Origin: Lama glama
Taxonomy: Eukaryota
DNA: 64,000 bases
Reading direction: 5' to 3'
Assembly (NCBI GenBank): GCA_028534125.1
Contig: CM052816.1
Location: 93,746,001-93,810,000 of the forward strand
The translations under genes and the position numbers were made by a program. Shown in pieces: positions 38,793 to 52,400 of the stretch (the stretch's first letter is position 1; each line of letters begins with the position of its first letter). The notes under the pieces are model-generated. The model did no database searches and was not told the origin of the DNA. It was given only the letters and a program-made list of their open reading frames with translations.

Positions 38793-40809
38793 TAACAAAT
38801 CAATCATACATTATCATTGAATTTTGAGAAACATGATGCCCAGAAATTAAAGCTTTATTTGCAGAAACAAAGAATAAAGGAGAGTCTTGCTAGAAATCCA
38901 CCCTGAAGAATGCAATTCCTCTTCTGTTAATGATTTTTTGAAATGTCAGAAAGGCAGGTGTGATAGAAAGGGCATAAGCTATTCTCAGATTCATATACCT
39001 ACACAATGGAAACCTGACAGTCAAGACATTCCTTAGAATTTTGTGACCCAACCTGCCTTTCAGATACAGATCTGACAGTATGATGTGGATATAGCCCAAA
39101 GAGAAGAGCAGGTGAATGAATCTCTCCTACTTAAACAACCTACTGGAAATTATCCAATCTGAAGATATGGGAGTAGGTAATGAAGTAGCAAATACAGAAA
39201 CTAAGAAGACTGGATGAGGAAAATTCAGGCAATTTCAGAAGACACAGGAGGCTACAAATAGGCAATGGTCTAAAATCATGGACTATAGAAATTTAAATAA
39301 ATAAATATTGGAAAATGTAATTTTATACTTGAGATGTAAAAAGAAAGCAATTCATAAGGAAGTTTAAAAATTGACTAAAAAGGGGGAAAGCTGAAAAAAG
39401 TTAACAAAAATATAAAGAAGGATTGTAAGAAAACTTAAAAACTATAGCAGAATTTAAATATGCTTTTAGATTAAATGTGTGTCACATAGAGTCCAGATTC
39501 TCCCACATATTTTCATGCTATTTTTGTCTGAATTATATTTTAAACATATTCATTCATAAATACAAAAAGAATTATGTACAATTTTAGGGAGGATATGATA
39601 AAATATGTAATGTTTCTAAATAGAAGAATAATATTAAAATTAACTATAATGAAATTACTACTAACGTATCAAGCTTAAATAACTAGTATGGCAAAATGCC
39701 TATTTTCTTTGCACATTTTTAAAATTATAGTGTTTGGAAGAATTCTTTTTTTTTTCCAAAATACTGCTTTGTTATCTTTTGTAAATTATAAAACATTTAC
39801 AAAAAAGAGCTTTTATCTGTGGCTGTTAAGAGAAGCTTAAGTGATGTACCCTGAACTCTTTATTCACATACATATACTATACAGGGTACTTTTTAATTAA
39901 AGAAAAAAATGATACTTGAGTTGCAGTTATGCAAACTAAATGTATTATTCTATAAGTGAATAAATTGCTTTAGTGCCTCTAATTCAGAGAGACACTTTAA
40001 TGTCAGCTGTAAATTTTCTAGATTCCCAAGAGATACTATTTCATGTGCCTCTCATTAATGTTATCAGGAGTTGGGTAACACAATTTTAGTTTCATGATTT
40101 AAAAAGGTATTTTCAATTAAGATTTTGTTGTCTGATATTAAGAGTATATTTTTCTAATGGAATTTATTCTTACCTTTAATTCAATAATTTCCTCTCTAGA
40201 TAAAGAAAATTATGCAGAGTATAGTTCCATTTGTATACACACCAACTAGCGTGTTTAGTCATCTTAGTAAACCAAGAAGGAAAAATTGCATACTTGAGTT
40301 ATAGATATGAACTTATGTAGACATTCAAGGCAAGTGGAGAGCTTTCTATAAACTCAGTGGATATGGGGTGGGGTTTTATTGTTGATTATGATACAGTTTT
40401 TGATTGATTACCATGGATACTTTATTGATGAAAGTCTCAAGAGATTACATGTCTGTGATACAATAATTTCAGTGGTTAGAGTAAAATAAACACATTTTTG
40501 AAGGGCACTAGATAAAATTTTGTAAAAATTAAGAGAAATTGCTGGCTTCTCACAATAAAATGAGTGAAATTTACTTCAAGAGTTAATTGTCTTGCACTTG
40601 AATGACTTTAACAACTCAAAGAGTTAAGTTTCACCACTTCTATACTCCTGTGAAATCCATCCAAGGATAAATACTTCTGAAAATCTATTTCATCAAGCTG
40701 TCTCATCAAATAAAATACATTCATCACATAGAATTATAATATATTGTTGAGTATGCATAATCCTCACAATCTTTTTATATATTTAAATGGTGAGAAATGT
40801 TAACATTTA

Positions 40810-40990
40810 GAGAACAGAGGTCAGCTCCTGACTCTGCCTGTTGCTGGTTCTGAAAAATTGAGCAAGTTACCAGCCTTCTATGGGCCTCCGTTTCTTCATT
40901 TGCAAACTATTAAAAATAATAGTACATATTTAATATTTAATAGAGTATTGTGATGTTTATTTAATTTAATAATCTAATACAACTAACCTG
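40810..40990 (+). mobile_element. MIR SINE
   Basis: cctgactctgcc...ttgagcaagttaccagccttctatgggcctccgtttcttcatttgcaaa...ataatagtac. Confidence 0.8.
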
Positions 40991-41859
40991 TCCTAAAAAG
41001 TGACTGAAATCATGATGTTAGTTAATTATTTAGATAAAAAAATTAAATATAATCTTGTATTACTCATCTTTTTATTATGAGCATGTTACAAAATGCTTCA
41101 TATACATCACTTTCAAAATAGATTTATTTAAGTATAAATTTAAGAAGCAAATACAGTTTAAGAAATAATACACAAGAAACAAAAAGTGGTTTTCTGATTA
41201 TAAATACTTCATTTAAACATTCAAGAATCCTTCATAACATGGTGAAAATGAAAATAAACTTAAATTAGAACGATTTAGAGAGCATTCCATGCATGTATAT
41301 GAATATATTTGCATATATTAAAATATCTAAATATTTTACTTTAAATATCTCAACCTATTATTTTAAATTAGCATTTGCAAATTTCATTTACCTATTTCCT
41401 AAAGTTGGGTTTTCCCTAAAATATATTTTATAATCTGAGATTCTGAATTCAGATACTCTTATTTTGGAGCCCACAAATTTCATGATTACAACTAACAGAC
41501 CCAAGGATATCACATAACAAATTTGTAGTCCTGACCAGTGGAATTACAATTATCTAATGATATGTTGAATATTTAAATGTGTAAGCCATGACCTCAAAAT
41601 CAACCTACCACTGAATCTGTTATATGGTACTGATTTCAGCTTCTGCCTCCTCTGATACCATTGTATCAATCAGTTATTCATTCTCAAAATTTTGATTACT
41701 TCTTCCTTGCCCCAAATCTGAATCACTTACCATGTACTTTTGTGTCTTCCTTTATAATGCTTATTATTTGTACCTTTACTTTTATGTCTTGTCCTTATCT
41801 TTCATGTGGAAATACTCCACTAATAACTAATTCTCTGCCCTTCATTCCCTCTGTGTTTT

Positions 41860-42560
41860 CAGTTTATACTTCATAGCACTGCTAAAGAATCTCCTTTAAA
41901 TATATGTTTCTCCATCTCACTCCCATGCTCAAAAGGCTTCAGCGGCACTGTAGTACTAACAGTACAGGGCCCAAGCCATGTGGTTGTTCTAATAGTTCAA
42001 AGAGACCCTGACGAGCTCTGTACCGCTGAACCTTTGTTCATATACTTCCTGCTTTTTGAAATTTCTTCCACCCTATCTATATATAAAAACCTTCTTCACT
42101 CCTGACTCATTTATTTAGTAATAATTTATGGAGCTCTCTAGCCACCTAGATTCTTTACTGGTCCTCACACTTACCAAGTATACTCCTGACTCAGACCTTG
42201 AACAGGCTGTTTCAGCTGCCTAGAGACATCCGCATGCAGCCTTCCCTCACTCCATTCAGGTTTCTGCTCAGTTGGAGATGGTCATTCTCTGTCTTCCTCT
42301 CATCCTGTCCTCATGGAAGATAACATCTCCCTACGCCACCTTTTACATCTCATCATCATGTTATATTTGCGCTCGTTGGAGTTTTCAACATCTGGCATTG
42401 TGTAATATATTGAATTGAGACAGCATATTGTCAACCTTCCCCTCTAAATTATAAGCGCTAAGTGACAAGGGGCTCAGTCTACTTCAATCCCAGCTACATC
42501 CACAATGCTGTAGGTAAGTTTTCAAGCATGTTCAGTGGTGAATAAATATGGGTCGAATGC
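41860..42560 (+). mobile_element. L2 3' fragments
   Basis: cactcccatgctcaaaaggcttc, ggctgtttcagctgcctaga, cactccattcaggtttctgctca and the L2 end aataaatatgggtcgaatg. Confidence 0.7.
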
Positions 42561-43023
42561 ATTACTGTGTTCCAATACCGACGGCAGTATTACAGGAATT
42601 AAGATGCTAGGTGAATGCTGACTATGAGGATTTCAGTAAACCATCTTCTCCTTTCAATTCCAGAAAATCACACATAGAAGATCACATAAATTTCACCCTA
42701 AAAGTTTCTTTTCATTCTGCAATATTTTATAATTTCCATTCTTGGTGGACATAGTGAGCCTTTCCATAGGTACCTTCTCCATCAATAAAAATAAAGTGTG
42801 TCATTCAGTCTGCATGCCTCTAATTAGTCTTTTTAGGATTGCAGTAACTCATCTAAGTCTCTTCCAATGGCATTTTGCTATGCTCCATGTATGCAGTCAG
42901 TTGTAACAGTATAAAAAGTACTTGACTCAATTCAACTAAAAACCTTTCCAGTATGATAGAAAAATTTAACCTTTTAATTCATGACCCTGAAATTTGCTTC
43001 CTTTTTTTTTTCTGTCTCTCTAG

Positions 43024-43087
43024 TATGGGTTGGTATTTTCAATAGCTGCATTCTCTCGGGCCCAGTCGGTGGTCTACTTGTGCTATG
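43024..43087 (+). other. Candidate orphan internal exon (64 nt)
   Basis: Strong polypyrimidine tract ttgcttccttttttttttctgtctctctag before it and atg|gtaagg after it; two frames open; no recognisable product. Confidence 0.3.
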
Positions 43088-43261
43088 GTAAGGCAAATGA
43101 CGTTCAAAACACTCTTGACAGAAAGTAGGTCCCTTCCTACTTGGAGTCTAACCAGACAACAGACTCCTATTTCCTGTGAATAAGAGCCTGAAAGGTCAAA
43201 AATGTTTATCTTGGCAACAGTAGGTCATTTCTTTTTTTATTCAAATTCCATTCAAACTGAT

Positions 43262-43430
43262 CTAGTGATTCCCAAACTTGGTGGCATCTGAGAGAGCTCT
43301 GAGATGATTTTTATAAATAACAATCCAAAGACCCATCTAGAACTACTAAAATAAAAATCTCAATATGGGTGCTTAGCAATGTTATAAAAAAAAGAATACA
43401 CCACCAATAAACTCAGTTTCAACCATTGTT
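43262..43430. mobile_element. MER5-family hAT MITE fragment
   Basis: ctagtgattcccaaacttggtggcatc...acccatctagaactactaaaataaaaatctc. Confidence 0.6.
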
Positions 43431-44172
43431 TGCACCTGATTGAGTAAATATTGATTTTAGAATGCCAGTGCAAAAAGATAATAATTTCCAGCAAAGAATG
43501 CAGTACAATACTTATTGAGACCTAGTAAGCAAGCATGTGGCCATTTTATAAAGTGAATCGTTATGTGCTTTGGTATTGCAGTGGTCTAATGACACTAAAG
43601 ATTCTCTTATACCAAGTTGCAGCTCACACCAGCAATCTGCTATTTTCCCTAGGTTTCCTGCATATTATCAAGCGCTTAAAGACCTCAATGGCTCTCCATT
43701 AGTGTCCACAGAACTCGGGATGTCTTTTTTACTATATGCCCATACAATTCTTATCTCTTTGATCCATGCCAGTCACATAGGAAAAGCAATCTCTAGTCCT
43801 TAATAGTCTCAATGTAAGCAAGCAAACAAATATACCCTGACTAAATTTGTATTTTATACCATGTTGATCTATAAAGCAAATTTTACTGAAGGTTCAGGAG
43901 ATAGAGGGGCTTACACTACAATTGTTCAAATAGCATAAAATTGGATAATAGATCACTCTGTGGTCAATGGATCTGCAGAAATTCCTTTCCACCCTCTTTT
44001 GCCACAGGTCTAAACCGCTTGCTTCATTGCCTGATACTGCTGCCTCTGTCACTCCCTGTCTCCTCCCCTCCCTGCCACACCCACAAATTTCTGATGTTAT
44101 GTATGTAATAATTTACCCCTTATTTCTGTTTTATAGTCTTGTAACATATGCCCTTATGACCTCATTTGGAAA

Positions 44173-44231
44173 CAAGGGGTGGATAAACTACAACTGGTTG
44201 ACCACATACATCTCAGTACCTGTTTATCTGG
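44173..44231. mobile_element. MER58-like hAT terminus cut by the gap
   Basis: caaggggtggataaactacaactggttgaccacatac...cctgttt resembles the MER58 start. Confidence 0.45.
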
Positions 44232-44731
44232 NNNNNNNNNNNNNNNNNNNNNNNNNNNNNNNNNNNNNNNNNNNNNNNNNNNNNNNNNNNNNNNNNNNNN
44301 NNNNNNNNNNNNNNNNNNNNNNNNNNNNNNNNNNNNNNNNNNNNNNNNNNNNNNNNNNNNNNNNNNNNNNNNNNNNNNNNNNNNNNNNNNNNNNNNNNNN
44401 NNNNNNNNNNNNNNNNNNNNNNNNNNNNNNNNNNNNNNNNNNNNNNNNNNNNNNNNNNNNNNNNNNNNNNNNNNNNNNNNNNNNNNNNNNNNNNNNNNNN
44501 NNNNNNNNNNNNNNNNNNNNNNNNNNNNNNNNNNNNNNNNNNNNNNNNNNNNNNNNNNNNNNNNNNNNNNNNNNNNNNNNNNNNNNNNNNNNNNNNNNNN
44601 NNNNNNNNNNNNNNNNNNNNNNNNNNNNNNNNNNNNNNNNNNNNNNNNNNNNNNNNNNNNNNNNNNNNNNNNNNNNNNNNNNNNNNNNNNNNNNNNNNNN
44701 NNNNNNNNNNNNNNNNNNNNNNNNNNNNNNN
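44232..44731. other. Assembly gap, 500 N
   Basis: Run of exactly 500 N. Confidence 0.99.
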
Positions 44732-47265
44732 TTCATTTTCAGTTTGTAATAATCGTCTGACCTGCACCCTCTTATTTTCTGAGCATTTTTGTATTTGGGT
44801 AACATTTCAGAATAAAATATATTTAAATAATTGTCACACTTATCAAAAAATATACTTTAGGGAAGGTATCAAATATGCAGTATAAAATGTAATACAACCT
44901 AAAATATTTAAACATAGAGGTGGCAAATTGTGGAAAAATTCTGATTCACCCATACTTAAAAGTAAAAAATGTTAGTTGTGTGGAGAGTTCTTCCAACTAA
45001 ATGGATTAGGAGTGTAACACAGCTTCCACAAGGAAATACCCATCAGAAGGATTAGGATTTATAATATTAAGTAGTGACACAGCAAAGCATCAACTGCAAT
45101 CAATAGAAAACTTTAAAAAAATTTAATTCCACTATCTATGAATTTATACTGCAAAAGAACATACCCTCCATTAATAAAAATCTGCTCCTGTAAGCTTATT
45201 CTGTAAATTGTAGAAAGCTTTTTAAATATTTCACCTACATTTTAGTGTGCAAATGTCATGAAACTTGGGGAAACCAGATGACTAGTTTACAGGCAGGACT
45301 GAAGTGTCCTATGTCTTTTATTTCTAGGAAATCTACTTAAAGGAAGCTTTCAATTAAATATAAAATATTAAATATACAGCAGTTTTGTTTTTTTCCCCCC
45401 AAAAATATGCTTGCAATTCCAGAAACAAGGTTTTAAGTTTGCAAGATCCCCTACTCCAGATATTAACAATATCAGTATCAAATAATCAACACTACTTAAA
45501 TATAAAACAAAGTTACTGGATAAAATTGAACATTCTCATATGCATTATAACTATAATGTTCAAATGTTTGATAAGCAATTCAGTACTTCGGTTTACTGGG
45601 GGTAAGTTACCAGTTTTATTAAATTGATAATCCCATTATAATGTGGTTTGAGACAGAATATAACGGTTTGCAGCAATGAAGGCAGAAGCATCCTGCTGCT
45701 TCACATTCATTGTTTTCTCCTTTATTCTTTTTTCTTTTACTGTCTTGTTTTCCTTTCATTTAGCATACAATTTCAAAAATTATATTTATTTGATAAATGA
45801 AATAATTTTGCATCTTCGCACTCTTCTCCTTTATCACAGCATAATACTACATTTCACTTCTATGTGGACTATAGTCTTATGAGCCCACATTTCTGATGAT
45901 CTGAATTTAAATTTCCAAGTGATTTTCTTTTTTATGGTTTTTGATTACCCATCTGTTTCAGAATGGTTTTCAAACTTAAATACATGCGTGGTGTGAAAAT
46001 TTTGGAATGAAACTTTCTCCCAGTCAGGACTAAGCAGGTGAATTCGCCACCTACAGCACACATATGCCCCCTGCATATGGGATGGAGAGTCTGTTTACAT
46101 TGCCATTTGCCGTCTCAGAACACTTGACCTTTGAAGCCTGTCTGTGGCAGGGTGGTAACCCGTGTTTTCTCAAAGGGGTAGATCACTGAATTTAGCATAT
46201 TTTGCGAAGAAAACATTCATCTCAAATATGGTCATTTCTGGGTTGACTCTTCAGGAAACTGAAGCTGTAAGAAGCGGCATAAACCACAAGACATCATCAA
46301 TTGCTTTTGAAACGCTGTATGTAAACACTGTGTCTTACCTCTGTGTGATGCTATATGGGGCCTCATTTCTCTTGTTCAGGCAACATCTCTGTTTCCATCA
46401 CCTCCTTGGCATATTCTCCCACAATGGGTAACACGTTGCCTGGGTCAAAGGAGGTGACTCTGAGACTCCTGCCAGCAGCGCCTGGGTTAATGTAGCCCTC
46501 TGAAGAGCATCATTTATCAGACTTGTGTTTTCTCTTTCTCATTAGGTTTAATCCATAACCTTTTACAAGGGACTTCCAACTGAGTGAGAAATTGTCTCCT
46601 GTCTCTAATGTCTTGCTGGTTCACAGGGGTGGAGTCATTTTGAGCTCGTGTCTAATTTACGACCAAGTCCTTTTCTGTGAGAGCTGAGTGATCCCTGTAG
46701 GAGACTGAATGAATTCTCCGTGTAGCACTGGAGTCCGCTTGTAGAAATTGGTGGGAGGAGAGGAATGTCAGATTATTTCCACCTTCTCTAGACCTAAAGA
46801 GTTGGACAAAACTAAATTTGGTCCCCAGTCAAGGACCTGTATTCTGCTCTCCCTCCTCCCTGAACTTCGTCATCAAGAGTGGTTGCCATGGTTGCCCAGT
46901 TTGACAAATTGAATGCAGACCTGGTTACTGTCATGTATTTGTTGTTTCTTTCTAAGTGTGAGAAAGATACCACTATTTTCCCCCACCTTTTTAAAGGTTA
47001 GATTGTGATCTCTCCTGGGTAGGAAATGTGTTTTCTCCTGCTGCAAATGCAACTACACTATTTTATCAGAGTGCTCAAGTAAAATCCTTATTTTTCAGGT
47101 GAAGTTAGAATATACATTTGTATCTGTGCTACATTCACCTTTAAAAACGTGAACTAGTTTCCTTGGATTGTATATAATGGTTGTCTGTTTCTCTGCATGG
47201 TGATAACTTGATCCCACGTGGCCATGTGATTGATTGCTCATCAAGAATGAAGACAGAATTTTTGG

Positions 47266-47880
47266 ATATGATCCAGCAACACCACGCCTGGGCATATATC
47301 TAGACAGAACTCTAATTCAAAAAACTACACGTACCCCAATGTTCACAGCAGCACTATTTACAATAGCCAAGACATGGAAACAACCTAAATGTCCAATGAC
47401 AGAGGACTGCATAAAGAAGTTGTGAGATATTGATACAATGGAATACTACTCAAACTTCAAAAAGAATAAAATAATGCCATTTGCAGCAACATGGGTGGGT
47501 CTAGAGATCATCATTCTAAGTGAAATAAGCCAGAAAGAGAAAGAAAAATACCATATGATATTACTCACATGTGGAACCTAAAAAAAAAAAAAAAGACTCA
47601 CAGACATAGAAAACAAACTTATGGTTACCAGTGGGGAACGGGGGTGGGAAGGGACAAAATACGGGTTTGAGATTTGCAGATACTAACTACTATATACAAA
47701 ATAGATAAACAAGTTTCTGCTGTATAGCACAGGCAACTATATTCAATATCTTGTAGTAACTTACAATGAAAAATAATATGAAAATGAATATATGTATGTA
47801 TGTGTATGACTGAAATATGCTGTACACCAGAAGTTGACACAACATTGTAAACTGACTATACTTCAATTTAAAAAAAGAAA
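47266..47880 (+). mobile_element. 5'-truncated lineage-specific L1: ORF2 C-terminus plus 3' UTR and poly(A)
   Basis: Peptide YDPATPRLGIY...PMFTAALFTIAKTWKQPKCP is the L1 ORF2p C-terminus, with a premature stop; 3' end matches the other young copies; diverged TSD agaatttttgg (47255-47265) / agaattgctgg (47881-47891). Confidence 0.95.
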
Positions 47881-48354
47881 AGAATTGCTGGGACTCAGAG
47901 AACAGCCCAAGATGATTTCACCTTTTGGAACTCTCTGTTGTATGACTTGATTTCAGGACATTTAATTCATCTAATTAAAATCTAGTGGAAGTGATATACA
48001 TTTTTCTAAGAATGTGTACAAAGTAAAATTACTTAAAAGTGAAATTTAGAATGGATATTTGTATTGTCTTCTGGTCAATAGTTTCATTTGATTGTGGCAT
48101 CTGCAAAATACTATAGATATAGTTGTACTTCTCCTAAATTTCAATTGTAATTTGTGTGTCCCTTATAACCATCTCTTAACTCCACCGAGAAAAATATGTC
48201 AAAAGAGAGGGGACTTTCTCATGAATTGCACCATGTTCTAAACTTCTATCCTACCAAATCATTAAAGACATAAATAACTCAATTATTTGAAATTGCTAAA
48301 TTTTGCTTATGGCTTCATTTGTACAGTTGGTTAACCTTTATGGTATATTTTATG

Positions 48355-48800
48355 AAAGTAAACTTTATGTTAGAATAATTTTAGATTTACAGAGGAGTTG
48401 TAAACAGAGCACAGAGAGTTTCCACATACACCACTCCTGGTTTCCCCTATCGGTAACTTCTTACATAGTCTTGTCAGAACTAAGGAAGTAGCCTTTACAT
48501 TCTTATTAGCCAAATTCCACAGTTTGATCAGATGCCTTCCCTCTTCACTCCTTCTGTCCCAGGAGCCCATCTAGGTGACACTTCACATTTAAGAATCATG
48601 TCTCCTTAGCTTTCCCTGATTTGTGACTTTTTCTCAGATTTCACTTGTCATTGTTGATCTGGACAATTTTGAGGGATATTGGTCTGGTATTTTATAGCAT
48701 GTCCCTCAGTTTGGATTTCATTGATGTCTGTGTCATTGTTAGAGTGGAGTTAGTGAGTTTTTTTGGAAGGAAGACCATAACAGTGACATTCCTTCTCGTC
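48355..48800 (-). mobile_element. L1MC/MD-like 3' UTR
   Basis: ttagaataattttagatttacagaggagttgtaaacagagcacagagagtttccacatac...ctgtcccaggagcccatc...ggaaggaagacca. Confidence 0.8.
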
Positions 48801-49284
48801 AAATAAATGCTGGTTTTTTGTTAGTATGATAGGGTATTATGCAAATTAAAAATTTTAATCTAGAATTCTTGTTCTTTTCAATTCAACACCTCTGCATATA
48901 GGGGTTATCTATCTGAGGAGAGGACTTTGATAAAATTCATTAAAATAACATTTAGTTTTTAAATGAAAAGTGTTAGTAAATCAAGTATATTTTTCCATAT
49001 GGCAAAACAACTTCATTTGGGATTTTAAAACACTTTTAAATTTAAGCACTAAAGATCTAAAAGTAACACAGAATTTTAGATAATTTAGTCACTGTTAAAT
49101 TTCAGTTTACATATTGTTCTAGGGAAACTTTACATATAAATATAATTAAAATTGTCTTTGGAAGGATCGAGAGGGAACCTCTATGGAACTCATGGGAAAT
49201 TGTCTGGAAAATAAGTTATCATAAGCCTCTGTTTGGGGGGTGGAGGGTGGGGAAACATTACTCCTGAGGAGTCATTACAAGTTA

Positions 49285-49420
49285 CAGGCAGTCTTCACTT
49301 TGCATGATTGTTGCGTGACCAGTGCTGAATTTCAGTGACCACAGAAACTTGCAAACGGAGGTCTCAAAATGAGTATGCAGAGGTTGTAGTTAGCACAGTA
49401 TTATGCAAAGGAAGGGCTGC
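49285..49420. mobile_element. Tigger-like (TcMar) MITE relic
   Basis: ta|caggcagtcttcactttgcatgat at the left end and its approximate reverse complement attatgcaaaggaagggctgc at the right end. Confidence 0.6.
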
Positions 49421-52400
49421 AAATGTTTAGTTCCATTAATTATTTTATTTTGTTACTGTGTTTTAATTTTTAAGTGTAGATTTCAGGATGATGTTGACAA
49501 ATATAGATGTAAATTGAGTTATAAAATTATTAATGATTGCAGCATAAAGTAAATAGAGTTCTGGATTATAGATAACATTTTGGGATTTGTCAGCATATAT
49601 ATGGTACTTAAAGCCATGAAAATAGGTCTTATCTTCACAATAGTGAGTATGGACACACTAGACACAATGAGAAAAAAGCATGAGAAAATCTAATGTAAGC
49701 CTAAATTGGCATATTTCTAACACATACCATATAGCATTCAAGTTTCATAAGTACATTTATACATGGTAAGTAAATATTAATGATGTGTGCCTAATAGCCA
49801 ATGAAATTAAAAATCACAAACACAGAAATGAGTTTATCATTTAGATTTTAAATATTTACATTATATGTTAATAAATTCTCTTATGCTTTTCTTTAAGAAT
49901 ACTTTGCTCATTTTTTTCATTATTTATCTCAAACAGCAGTTAAAGTTGAAGTCAAAAGTTATCATTGTTCTGCAGAATGTAGTTTATTGTTGAATATAAG
50001 TAATGTGAACATATATTTTTGACCTTTATTTGACAGAGTGAAAGTGCTCATTTTGGTACAATGGTTTGGTAGCTCTACTTGTATGAGAGATAATACTCTT
50101 AAAAATTATTTTTTCTTTAGAAGAATGTTTGAAATGTTAGACTTTGAAATGCTCTCAGAGTATAAGAAATGCCCTTCATTTGTCTTTACGTATTAACTGC
50201 ATATTCAATTGTTACTTTTAAAAACAGATACATCAATCTAGTCATTATTAGAAGGACAAGTTATTAAATAAAATGCTAATTTAAAGTGCAAAGTTTTAGA
50301 AGTTACAGGTCATAACTGCTATTAACATTCACATAAGTTCAAGTCCCTTAAAAGACATCTTTGTACAAATAACTTCTTTGGGACAGTTTAACAATAGTGA
50401 GAAAGTTAGACATTCATTTTGTCTGTCTTATTATGTTATCATTTAGTTTACAGTTAAACTGAACATCCAATAATCAGTTAAGACAGATCAGGTAAGTACT
50501 TAACTGATGCTTAAAATCAGGGCTTTCGGAGTGGACCTCAGGCTGCTCTTACTAGTTCTGATGATAACAGAAACATAATTTCCTTCATGGGATTTGTACA
50601 ACAGCAAGAAAACTTTATAATTATGACAGAGATCATACAGGTGTCTGGGAAACATTCCTCCAAGCATTTTATGACAAACAAATTAATGTAATTTACATTT
50701 ACATTTTGTGTAGCATGAAGCTTTATTCAAACATAGTCATTTGAACATCAATTGTTTTTTCTTGCCATTTAGATGGGGAGACCAATATTTCCTAAAGACT
50801 CATCTTCTTTGCAATTATACAAAACCATTGAGTTAAGCAAAGTATTTTGTCAGGAAAAAAATACAAAAGTCCATGTATCACAAGCATGTAAACTAGATTA
50901 TGAAACTTAATTTGTTATTTAAAAGTACTTATGTTGGAAAACATGTAAATTATATAAAATCCTTCTACTTTAATAAAATACATCATTCCTTTGATAAAAT
51001 CTATGTATCGAGTTAAATAACTTTAAAATGTAAGTTTTTTTATTCATTAGTACCTACATGGCAATATTTCTTGCCATTGAGAAATTAAGAGGGTTAATGT
51101 ACTTTTCCCTCTAAAGTAGGCAATTTTCTGAGAAAGCTAACAAACTCGAGCTTTTCTCCAACCATATTAGCTATCTACCTGTTTAAAAAAAAGCGCTAAT
51201 AATTGGACTACTGAACAGTCAAATCCATTAGAAATCATTTCGAATTTGTAAAATACAGCATTAAGTGTTTTGTCATTGTCATTTGGCTAATTCCCGGCTA
51301 CATGCTGATAATCAGGGTGTAATAAAATGTGTACGTATGATTTACATTTTATGAAACATGCCTTCCAATTCTTAGAATTTTTAAAAGAAAATTATATTTA
51401 TATATTATTTTCTTTTGTATGTTATACATATTTCTTCCTTTATTCTAATTGTTACAAATTAGCGCACTACAATGAAGAGGAGAAAGTCACTCAAATAATG
51501 GTGTAGGGGTTGGCTTAGCTGTGTATAATTGAAATATTCCTTATATTTGCCCTGGTAATCAAAATGCAGCCAGAAGATAGAAACCCAGTAATACTCAAAT
51601 ACAAAAGCCTAAAACATTTAGATTATTTTATTATTAATTATTGCACTTATTCTTACTATTACAAAAAAATCACAGATAATTATATTTTCTGCTGAGACAC
51701 CAGAGCCTAATTTATTGGTTCAATTTGTTGTTTGCTGATACCACCATGAAAACTCCATTAGCAGTGATGGACTCAATAGGTTAAAACACACAAACAAAAA
51801 AATACCACTATCAAGTTCACGGAGATCTCTTTTTTGCAGGATTTTCAGTCTTGGTAGCCATTTTTAGCTGTTTCAGACTATTTCAGCAAACAATACTGAG
51901 TAACTGCTGGGTGCCTGCTTTCACTGACATTACACATCCACAGAGGAGTTCAGAACATCGAGTCATCGTTTGCCCTTTGATGACACCTGCACAGAAACAT
52001 TTCATGCATACCAGGCAATGACGTAATTGCCTAGGAAACAAGTCATTGTCTCACAAGTTCTAGGTTCGATGAACAATTATATGCTTATTTGGTTGGATTT
52101 TTCTTTTTGTCAGCTATGTTATTCTAATTTCATCTTCATTGGAGAGCTGTCAAACTTTCTTGACATTTTTGGAGTGCAAAGAACTCCCTGGGGAACTACT
52201 TCCACTTTCCAGAGCAAAAGGATTAAGCAAAAACACAGAACTGGGGAGAAGCAGGGTAAACGAGTTTCAGCAGAGGCACTGCTGGGAAATTAAACTCCTA
52301 GCTAGCGATTTCATTAAAAATATTTAAATGTGTCATATTTTAATTAAATATTAAATGATCAAGGTCTCCAGATATTTTTCTATTCACCTCAAAATAAGAA

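Noticed and set aside
43967..44805. Four 184-260 aa ORFs
   Set aside because: All span the 500-N gap.
47234..47425. ORF with real protein homology
   Set aside because: It is the truncated L1 ORF2p C-terminus with a premature stop, not a host gene.
51839..52021. Possible terminal coding exon after tttttgcag
   Set aside because: The open frame (GFSVLVAIFSCFRL...) has no recognisable homology and no supporting gene structure; consistent with chance.
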